Below are positions 10,127 through 18,097 of a DNA stretch of 64,000 nt, piece by piece. Location of the stretch: NCBI GenBank assembly GCA_965242865.1, contig CBDETK010000013.1, positions 3,616,001 through 3,680,000 on the forward strand. Reading direction: 5' to 3'. The notes beneath the pieces are model-generated. The model saw nothing but the letters and a program-made list of their open reading frames with translations, had not been told where the DNA came from and searched no databases. Numbering within the stretch: position 1 is the first letter of the stretch; the number at the start of each line of letters is the position of its first letter. The translations under genes were made by a program, and so were the position numbers. Origin of the DNA: Candidatus Latescibacterota bacterium. GTDB taxonomy: Bacteria; Latescibacterota; UBA2968; UBA8231.

Positions 10127-11526
10127 CGTCTGACTTGCGATACCTTCGCCGTTTCGCAGAAAGCCAACTCGGCGTTCCCGCGACGCTCCACAATTACCAG
10201 TGGGAGGGTATCGCGTTTTTGTATCGATCTCGCTCTGCCCTCCTCGCTGACGAGATGGGGCTGGGGAAAACTGTCCAGACTGCGGTAGCACTAGCACTTC
10301 TCTTGAACGGACAGAGCGAGGTACGCCGGGCCTTGATCGTCGCACCCGCATCGCTGACGACGAACTGGATGATGGAGATCTCGACTTGGGCACCATCAGT
10401 GGCGACGCGGCGCGTACAGGGTACTGTACGCGACCGTAAAGCGTTTTACCTACTGCCAATCCCTGTCCTCGTGAGTTCTTACGAGCAAATTCGATTCGAT
10501 GGCTTGGACCGGATTCCCTCGGATACCTTCGATCTCGTGATTCTTGATGAGGCCCAACGAATCAAAAACAGGGATTCCACTACTGCATTAGCCTGCCGGC
10601 TCCTGCCGCGCAAACGTGCTTGGGCGTTGTCTGCTACACCTCTCGAAAACGACGAAAATGATATTGTATCTATTCTCCGTTTCCTCGACCCGTCGGTTGG
10701 ACGAGAGCTTTCTAAATCGTACTTGGTCAAAAAATTGGAGTCGATGATGCTTCGCCGGCGAAAGTCTGGCGTTCGTACTGAACTGCCGCCAGTTATATTC
10801 CAAGACTTGAAAATCGAACTCTCAGTACCGCAGAGAACAAGGTACGACGAACTATGGGTAAATCGCACCCAGACCATCATTAAAAACTCATCTGACGGAG
10901 ATCGCAGCACCGCGTTGCTTGGGCTCATCACACGACTGAAGATTATCTGTAATTTCGATGCACCCGCGAACGCCTCGTCAAAATTGGACGCTCTGAAGAC
11001 GATTAGCGAAGGGGTCGGAAATTCTGCTCGCATTCTTGTATTCTCGCAGTTCGTCGAAACTCTACGATGGATTTCGGATAGGATTGAACTTCCGCACGAC
11101 CTCTTGACAGGATCAATGTCGCTTGCCGAGAGGCAGATTGCCATAAACCGGTTTAGGACCGGGGCTACGCCTCGGGGACTTATGGTATCTCTTCGGGCAG
11201 GAGGCGTGGGCTTGAACTTGGGAGAGGCGACGCACGTCGTGCTCTTCGACAGGTGGTGGAATCCCGCAGTCGAGGTCCAAGCGATCTATCGAGCTCATCG
11301 CTTTGACCGAGAGGAGCCATTACACGTTATTCGTTTCCTCGTAGCCGATTCGATCGAGGAGCGCATCGAAACGATACTTGAACAAAAGAAATGTCTGTTC
11401 GATGAAGTAATCGAATCCGCGGAAACACCTACTCATCGCTTCACAAAGGAGGAACTGATGCAGATTTTGGAACTTACAACCGGAGACATCTTTCTGGCGC
11501 ACACACACAAAAAAGAGGAGATCTAA
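10123..11526 (+). CDS. Stand-alone SNF2-family ATPase/translocase
   Basis: LLADEMGLGKT, DEAQ, SATPLEN, LVFSQF, GGVGLNL, DRWWNPAVEVQAIYRAHR; probable TTG start overlapping the upstream TGA. Confidence 0.9.
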   Translation: MTSDLRYLRRFAESQLGVPATLHNYQWEGIAFLYRSRSALLADEMGLGKTVQTAVALALLLNGQSEVRRALIVAPASLTTNWMMEISTWAPSVATRRVQGTVRDRKAFYLLPIPVLVSSYEQIRFDGLDRIPSDTFDLVILDEAQRIKNRDSTTALACRLLPRKRAWALSATPLENDENDIVSILRFLDPSVGRELSKSYLVKKLESMMLRRRKSGVRTELPPVIFQDLKIELSVPQRTRYDELWVNRTQTIIKNSSDGDRSTALLGLITRLKIICNFDAPANASSKLDALKTISEGVGNSARILVFSQFVETLRWISDRIELPHDLLTGSMSLAERQIAINRFRTGATPRGLMVSLRAGGVGLNLGEATHVVLFDRWWNPAVEVQAIYRAHRFDREEPLHVIRFLVADSIEERIETILEQKKCLFDEVIESAETPTHRFTKEELMQILELTTGDIFLAHTHKKEEI

Positions 11527-11530
11527 AGTC

Positions 11531-12355
11531 ATGGCAAAGATCGTTGAGTATAAAGATATTCCGCTCGATAACCTGACCATTGGAAAAGGGCAGGCACGGG
11601 TCCAAGACGTCGGCAAGGAAATTGAAGACTTGGCCGAAAGCATCAAAGTGCAAGGACTGCTACAGCCGATTGTAGTCTGTCCAGCGAGGGATGCGGGTAA
11701 GTGGGAGATTCTCACAGGCCAGCGGCGGTTCTTGGCACATAAGGATCTGAGCCGGGAAAGCATCACGGCAGCCATTCTTGACGAACGAGTTGAAGAGCAC
11801 GAAGCCAAGGCCATCTCGATTACCGAGAATCTTATTCGGCGAAAGCTCTCCGGAAAAGATCTTATCGACGGAGTCACTTACCTGTACAACGCCTATGGAG
11901 GAAATGCAAAGGCTGTAACGGAAGCTACGGGCTTGTCCTACAAAAACGTGCGGGATTACGTGAAGTACCCGCGGTTGGCATCCAAGTTGAAAGAGATGGT
12001 TGATGAAGGGCAAATCGGTGTCAATGTCGCCCTAAAGGCGCAAGATGCTGCCACTAAGGACGACGGAGAGACAGACATTGATGTCGCTACTAAATTAGCC
12101 CAAGAAATGGAACAAATGACGGGCCCCCAACGCACAAAATTTTCTGAGGAATTTAAGAAAAACCCTGCCAAACCAATTGACGACAAAATTGAGGATGCGA
12201 GAACTGGGGCTAGAGTAACGCAGGTAACGGTGACCCACGACACACACAGGGCTATCCGAAGGTTTGCACAAGAAGAAGGTACCAACCAAGACGAGGCGAT
12301 TTCTGCCCTCATCGAAGAAGCACTGATTGGGCGCGGCCTCTTAGAGGAGGAGTAG
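11531..12355 (+). CDS. ParB/Spo0J-like protein (ParB N-domain + HTH, possible C-terminal ribbon-helix-helix)
   Basis: LAESIKVQGLLQPIVV, TGQRRFLA (GxRR box), ISITENLIRRKLS; GAGGAG RBS. Confidence 0.85.
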   Translation: MAKIVEYKDIPLDNLTIGKGQARVQDVGKEIEDLAESIKVQGLLQPIVVCPARDAGKWEILTGQRRFLAHKDLSRESITAAILDERVEEHEAKAISITENLIRRKLSGKDLIDGVTYLYNAYGGNAKAVTEATGLSYKNVRDYVKYPRLASKLKEMVDEGQIGVNVALKAQDAATKDDGETDIDVATKLAQEMEQMTGPQRTKFSEEFKKNPAKPIDDKIEDARTGARVTQVTVTHDTHRAIRRFAQEEGTNQDEAISALIEEALIGRGLLEEE

Positions 12356-12360
12356 AGTCG

Positions 12361-13083
12361 ATGCTGGCCGGGTTGAGCACCTTGGAACTTGCACGCCTTC
12401 GGATGTCCGTGGGTTACGGGACACACAAGAAGGGGCGCCCGTACTCTCCCATAGAGGTGGGATCACTTTTCCGCAAAGCTCGCGACTCAGGTGCATCTCT
12501 CAGGGACTGTGCAACCGAGGCCCGCATCGACGGAACAGGCGTCGGTCGTTTTTTACGAATTCTCGACCTACCGCACGATCTTCGACATCTAGTTGATTGG
12601 GGATCTGGCAAGGACGCTATCGGCTTTTCGTCCGCTATTGAGTTGGTACGGCTTCAGGATCTTGACGATCAGCGTATCGTCGCTAGTTCGATCCTCGCAG
12701 ATGGCCTCAATGGAAAAGAGGTCCGACAGGTCGTACAACTTAGAATGCGTTCGGAGCGTCCTATTTGCACATGCCTAAAGGAAATCTTAGGTATGCGTCC
12801 AGTAATCGAAAGACGCTACGTCTTCATCGGTTCGGTTGTTGATCAGAATGTCGAGGACGCTCTCATAGAACTCACGCAGACGGAGAGAGATTCGATTCTT
12901 GAGTCGGGTATCAAACTTCTCAACATCCGAGGAGCGTCTGGTCGGCTCGGAAAGCGATTCTTCACACTAGTCGGAAACGAGGGCTTTGATGCGTCAATGA
13001 AGAGCATTGGCAAGGAGAGCATTGAGGCGCGGCTTCGAACCCACATCTCGGAGACTGTTGAGAATGCCCGACCCCATTGTTGA
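12361..13083 (+). CDS. ParB-type HTH protein lacking the N-terminal NTPase domain
   Basis: SPIEVG...SLRDCA...VGRFLRILDLP..LRHLV...IGFSSAIEL...GLNGKEVRQVV matches the ParB HTH/spacer pattern by eye; strong RBS. Confidence 0.6.
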   Translation: MLAGLSTLELARLRMSVGYGTHKKGRPYSPIEVGSLFRKARDSGASLRDCATEARIDGTGVGRFLRILDLPHDLRHLVDWGSGKDAIGFSSAIELVRLQDLDDQRIVASSILADGLNGKEVRQVVQLRMRSERPICTCLKEILGMRPVIERRYVFIGSVVDQNVEDALIELTQTERDSILESGIKLLNIRGASGRLGKRFFTLVGNEGFDASMKSIGKESIEARLRTHISETVENARPHC

Positions 13084-14095
13084 CGTTCTTGAGAGTGGTG
13101 CCGTCTGCCTCGGGTCAAAAGTAGTGTGTGATGGTTTCGCCGAAGGATACCCTTTCCGCGTCCAGACACATATCCACGATGACCACATGGGCGAGTTCGA
13201 CAAGAGCAAGGGCTTTCAGGATTTTCTGATGAGTCCAGAAACGTATGCACTTCTGGTAGAGGAACGCAATGCAGACCTTGAGTTCCGTGACAATATTCAC
13301 CGAGTAAATCGAGGCGACGAGCGTGTGCTCGACGACGGCTCGAAGCTATCCCTTCTTCCCTCCAACCACATGCTCGGCTCATGTCAAGTCGCACTGGAAT
13401 TACCCGACGGCCTCCGAGTCGGCTATTCAAGTGACTTCGGCTGGCCCCTCAATGAGGTTATTCAAGTCGACGAGCTCGTTGTGGACAGCACCTATGGGAG
13501 TCCCAGAAGCGTACGCCGCTACACCCAAGCGGAAGCGGAGGAGTGTCTGTTAAACCTCGTATGCGAGCGATTGCGACATGGTTCTGTGCATGTCAAAGCT
13601 CACAGAGGAACTATCGAGCGCGTGTTGCATGTACTCGGGGTCAACGTAGGGGTTCCGATTTTGGCCAGCGAACGACTCATTGGGGAAGTGAAGGTCTATC
13701 AGAATCACGGATCCGCTATCGGGGACCTATACGCACTCGACTCGGACGCAGGTCAATCTGCCATGAGGGAACGAGCCTATATTCGACTGTATTCAAAGGG
13801 AGATGGTTTAGGCAACGAACCAATCGGCGAAACGAGCGTCACATGCAGCGCGTACATGGCCAATGCCGATGATCCGCTGGTGACATATTCTGATCGGGCT
13901 TATAGGGTGGCGTTATCTAATCATGCGGACTTCAATGAAACGCTTGAGTACGTTAAGGCGACGAGGGCCAAGAAAATTGTCACGGATAACACACGAAACC
14001 ACGGAGTGGATTTGGCCACCGCCATCAATGAGCGTCTCCCGGGCGTACAGGCTCATCCATCAACGAATAACCCCGGACATAATCCATATCGTTGA
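13064..14095 (+). CDS. Metallo-beta-lactamase/beta-CASP nuclease (SNM1/Artemis-like)
   Basis: THIHDDH, NHMLGS, YSSDF, VDSTYG, LSNHADF motifs; ATG at 13064 overlaps the upstream gene. Confidence 0.85.
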   Translation: MPDPIVDVLESGAVCLGSKVVCDGFAEGYPFRVQTHIHDDHMGEFDKSKGFQDFLMSPETYALLVEERNADLEFRDNIHRVNRGDERVLDDGSKLSLLPSNHMLGSCQVALELPDGLRVGYSSDFGWPLNEVIQVDELVVDSTYGSPRSVRRYTQAEAEECLLNLVCERLRHGSVHVKAHRGTIERVLHVLGVNVGVPILASERLIGEVKVYQNHGSAIGDLYALDSDAGQSAMRERAYIRLYSKGDGLGNEPIGETSVTCSAYMANADDPLVTYSDRAYRVALSNHADFNETLEYVKATRAKKIVTDNTRNHGVDLATAINERLPGVQAHPSTNNPGHNPYR

Positions 14096-14177
14096 AGACC
14101 GAAGGTAATTAAGACGCGGACATGGCCTACAGCAATTCACATGGCCCGTCTATGTACCTTCCTCAAAGGAGCGATGC

Positions 14178-17126
14178 CTAGTCCGCATCCGCCGGTCCTA
14201 CGGCGGCCTCATGGTGCTCTCTGAGCAGTTCGTCAAGGGCCTTGGAGGTATCCAAGTAATTGGACCATTCGTACGGCGTGATGCCAAAGCGCAGATCCCC
14301 TACCAATGGGTTCGCGCCCCGCGCCAAGAGCAGGCGAGCCATCGCTAGCTGATCGGCCATGACGGTTTTGTGCAGCGGCGTACTGCCGCGATCGTACCGG
14401 CTAAACCCACCGGCCAACCCGTTAATATCCGCGCCGCGATCCAACAAAAACTCCGCCGCTTCCAACGCGCCACTATAAGCCGCAAAATTGAGTGCTTCCA
14501 CCATAATCTGATCGGCGGTGAGCACGGTGTCCGGGTCCGGGTGGTAGAGGTGTCCGGTTCCTTCTTTCAACTTGTCCTCTGGGTCGAAGAACTCGGCCAT
14601 CAGGTCAATGCGGTTGACGCCCGCGGCAAAGCGCAAATCCACGGTCGCTCCCTCGGCTACCAACATGTGCGCCAAATCTAGGTCCCTCTCCCTAAGCGCG
14701 TTCCATAACATTCGGCCCCGGTTGCGGTTCACATCCACGCCGTTGGACACTAGGAGCTGGATCATTTCGGGCTTGCTCTCGGCCCATTCGAGCTGATCGC
14801 TTTCTACGAACAGATCCAGCACGGCGACCGAGTCGTACGTGGCGGCGTTGGGGTCGGCTCCTGCTGCGAGTAACGCCGCGGCGAGTTCAACCGCGTTTGC
14901 CGGCAACGGCACTCGCTGTGGCTCGCCGGCTAGGTGGTGCAAGAGCGTGGCCCCGCGAAAGTGCGGGTATTCGTAATACTCGTCGAAATAGCCGCGGGCT
15001 GTCGTTAGCTTGGGGTGTTCTGCCAGCAACTTTTGCAGGGCCTCGGCGTCGCCGGCATCAATGGCTGCTACCGCCTCGTAATAGGCGTTGTAGTTGGCAT
15101 CGCCGCGGTCTCGGCCTTGGGGCGGCAGTCTTTCTCCCTCGCGGGGAATGGCCAAGGCGACCAATTCGGGCGGACGCCTTCGGTTGCCCAGCGGCACGAC
15201 CACGAACTGACGACCGCCAGCCGTGTAGCTCATCGGCGCACCGTAGGCGTTGCTAGGCAATTCGACGCGGCCAATCTGTTCGCCGGACGCCAAATCGTAT
15301 CCCCGCAGTGACGCATCGCGATCGACGAAGTAATCCTCGCCCGCGTCGGCTAGGCCGTGGGGGTCTTCGGAAGTGGCCAACAGAAGGTTCGGCGTGGCCA
15401 AGACGAAGGTGCGGTTGGCCCAGCCCATATACGGCAGGTCGAGGTCCTTGAGAGCCGGATGATCGACCGGACCTTTGCCCACCGTCGTCCGCCAGATATG
15501 CTCGCCGCTGTTGAGGTCAATCGCCGTGATGCTGCCGTAGGGCGGCTTGACCAGCGGCAGACCCCGAGGGCCAGCGACATACTCGTCAACGCGAGCAGAA
15601 AACGCCGAGTGTGCTTCTGGGTTCTCTACCGGGCGCAACTCCACGGTGGTGATGGCCTTATGCGACGGCACGTACAGGACGCCGGTGCGCGGATCGGCCG
15701 CACCGCCCGCCCAGTCCGCACCACCCCTTTGACCGGGGACTGACAAGACGCCCTTCTCGGTCGGCGGCGTGTAGAGCGGACCGTAGTCATACTCAGCGAG
15801 AATGGCCTTAGCCTCCTCCCGCAACTCCGGCGTGAAGTCAATCAGATCGTCCTCGCTGATGCCTTGATGTTCAAAGGCCGCCGGTTTGGTCGGAAAGGGC
15901 TGCGTCGGCGCGGTCTGTTCGCTTGGCACCTGCGACTGCGGCACCGGCTTTTCGACAATCGGCCAAATCGGTTCGCCGGTGACGCGGTCAAAGACGAAGC
16001 AGAAAGCCTGTTTAGTCAGTTGGACGACGACCTTGCGCGCTTGACCATCGACGACCACGTCCAACAGAAGGGGCGCAGCCGGCGGGTCGTAATCCCACAG
16101 GCCGTGGTGAACCAACTGATAGTGCCACACCCGCTCGCCGGTCGCGGCCTTGAGACAGACCACCGACTCGCTGAATAGGTTGTCGCCGGGGCGCTCGCCG
16201 CCGTAGTAGTCGTGGCTGGCCGTGCTCACCGGCAGGTAGAAGTAGCCCAATTCCTCGTCGGCGGTCATCGTCGCCCATACATTGGCCGCACCGTATTTCT
16301 TCCACGCCTCGTTTTCCCACGTTTCGTTGCCGTATTCGCCCTCTAACGGAATCGTGTGAAACTCCCACACCTTCGCGCCGGTCCGCACGTCAAACGCTTG
16401 CACATCGCCGGGAGGCGTGTACTCGGCCGGCGGCCGACCACGCACATCTAAGATCGCCGAGCCAACAGCCACCACATCGCGACACACCACGGGCGGTGCC
16501 GTAACTCCGTAGCCTCTGCGCTCTCTTTCGCCCAGCGGCCGACGCAGCAAGGCACCCAAATCGACGCGCCCGCCCTCGCCAAAATTCGGATCTGGGACGC
16601 CGGTCTTGGCGTCGATGGAATACAGATGGGCGGTCGAAGTGGCCAGAAACACCCGCTCAACCTCGCCATCGGTCCAATAGCTCACCCCGCGCGAATTGCC
16701 CAAGAAAAAGGAACCAGCCTTCCAAGCCTCTGGGTCGAAAGCCCATAGCTCCTCGCCACTTTGGCCGTCAATGGCCGAGAGGATGTTGAAGGGCGAGCCA
16801 TAGTAGAGCACGCCGTTCACGGCCAGCGGCGTGGCGCGGTGATTGTCGAAACGGAGGCGGGAACGACCGCGCCGCCGACCACCCCGGCCCCGATCCCGGC
16901 TTCGGCTAGCATTGGCCGCCTCATAGATCTGCTGATCGCGGGGGCGATAACGCCAGATTACGCGCAACTGATCGAAGTTGTCGCGATTGATCTGATCGGC
17001 CGGAGTGTAGCGGGTGCCGCCTCGGTCAGCAGCGTAGTACGGCCAATCAACCTCACCGGCAAACGCCGCGAGTGCGAACGACAGCGACAACAAGATCGAC
17101 GAGGTCCTACAGGCGCGTTTATTCAT
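14178..17126 (-). CDS. PQQ-dependent (glucose/quinate-type) dehydrogenase fused to C-terminal ankyrin repeats
   Basis: Signal peptide, WPYYAADRGGTRY, HHGLWDYDPPAAP, KPPYGSITAIDL; C-terminal GATLLHH, STPLHK, GADIN ankyrin motifs; start MNKRAC at 17126. Confidence 0.85.
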   Translation of the reverse strand: MNKRACRTSSILLSLSFALAAFAGEVDWPYYAADRGGTRYTPADQINRDNFDQLRVIWRYRPRDQQIYEAANASRSRDRGRGGRRRGRSRLRFDNHRATPLAVNGVLYYGSPFNILSAIDGQSGEELWAFDPEAWKAGSFFLGNSRGVSYWTDGEVERVFLATSTAHLYSIDAKTGVPDPNFGEGGRVDLGALLRRPLGERERRGYGVTAPPVVCRDVVAVGSAILDVRGRPPAEYTPPGDVQAFDVRTGAKVWEFHTIPLEGEYGNETWENEAWKKYGAANVWATMTADEELGYFYLPVSTASHDYYGGERPGDNLFSESVVCLKAATGERVWHYQLVHHGLWDYDPPAAPLLLDVVVDGQARKVVVQLTKQAFCFVFDRVTGEPIWPIVEKPVPQSQVPSEQTAPTQPFPTKPAAFEHQGISEDDLIDFTPELREEAKAILAEYDYGPLYTPPTEKGVLSVPGQRGGADWAGGAADPRTGVLYVPSHKAITTVELRPVENPEAHSAFSARVDEYVAGPRGLPLVKPPYGSITAIDLNSGEHIWRTTVGKGPVDHPALKDLDLPYMGWANRTFVLATPNLLLATSEDPHGLADAGEDYFVDRDASLRGYDLASGEQIGRVELPSNAYGAPMSYTAGGRQFVVVPLGNRRRPPELVALAIPREGERLPPQGRDRGDANYNAYYEAVAAIDAGDAEALQKLLAEHPKLTTARGYFDEYYEYPHFRGATLLHHLAGEPQRVPLPANAVELAAALLAAGADPNAATYDSVAVLDLFVESDQLEWAESKPEMIQLLVSNGVDVNRNRGRMLWNALRERDLDLAHMLVAEGATVDLRFAAGVNRIDLMAEFFDPEDKLKEGTGHLYHPDPDTVLTADQIMVEALNFAAYSGALEAAEFLLDRGADINGLAGGFSRYDRGSTPLHKTVMADQLAMARLLLARGANPLVGDLRFGITPYEWSNYLDTSKALDELLREHHEAAVGPADAD

Positions 17127-17249
17127 CGGATTTTCCTTTTCCGTGCTGGGTGCCGCTTCAAGGCTTCGCGCAGTTACCGTAGGGCGTGAGGCGTCTCGCC
17201 CCAGCGCACGGTGCCGATCAAGGAGCCGCGCTCCGACGGTCAAGTAGCG

Positions 17250-17905
17250 GCATCCTAGCGGGTGCCCGCCTTCTCTACTGCGGCCTTCATGGTGCGCTCT
17301 AAGCAACTCGTCGAGGGCCTTAGAGGTATCTCAACTGGGCCATCTCTAGCTGATTGGCCATGAAGGTTTTGTGCAGGGGTTTAGTAACTAATGGTGCTAG
17401 TATGTTGACCGTGGTCAAAGTAGTTCCTACGCTGAGGGTATCTCACCTTTCAGCCAAGGAGCGTCCTGATGACCACGGCCGAGTTTATAATAGCCCTGTT
17501 TTACCGAATCGACAATCAGATGCTTGCCGTGCCCAAACACCCGCAAGCGTCCTTATATCCGAGTGAGGTAGTCACTTTAGGGGTGTTGTATGCGCTCAAA
17601 GGCGGGGGTAAACGGGCATTTTACCACGGGCTGGTGCGGGACTGGCAGGCTTGGTTCCCGCGCCTGCCGTCGCGCACCCGCTTGTTCCGCCTCTTCGCCG
17701 CTCATGCCGATTGGACCGACCGCTTCCGAGCGGAGCCGACGACATTGGGAGTGGTCGACAGCTATGGCATTGAGTTGCGCCATCCGGTGCGTCAAGGCCG
17801 GGCGCAGCACGCCATTGGGAAGAAAGGGCTATCCAATCACCGTTGGATCAAAACACTAGCACCATTAGTTAGTACAGTGGTCGAAGCGGTGGAACCCAGT
17901 AGCAA
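17250..17905 (-). pseudogene. 3' remnant of a third PQQ-ankyrin gene, interrupted by IS982-like copy 1
   Basis: With the IS removed it reads GFHRFDHCTKPLHKTFMANQLEMAQL [deletion] DTSKALDELLRAHHE, homologous to the C-terminus of 14178-17126. Confidence 0.75.
17387..17869 (+). mobile_element. IS982-family-like element, internally deleted copy
   Basis: 15-bp TIR actaatggtgctagt/actagcaccattagt; TAGTA duplicated at 17382-17386 and 17870-17874; lacks the segment equivalent to 41658-42060 of copy 2. Confidence 0.85.
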
Positions 17906-18097
17906 AGAGGGCTCGACGTCCAAAACTTCGATGCAGCCGGCCGAGGACATCTGCGGCCAGAACAGGCCTTTGAGGGATCCCTTTGGCTTGGATCATTTGG
18001 GGAGACTTTATACGGTTTAAACAGGTTACTCACTTTGATGATCGATGTTTCCCTCTCCTTTCTGGAAGTGGAAAATTTGAAAAGCAAGTAGCGCGGC

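Noticed and set aside
11531-12355. Chromosome or plasmid partition locus
   Set aside because: No parA, replication gene or evident parS palindrome in the window.
5640-14177. Integrase/att-bounded island around the dnd-like operon
   Set aside because: No integrase, tRNA or flanking direct repeat was found by eye, so the mobility mechanism cannot be supported.
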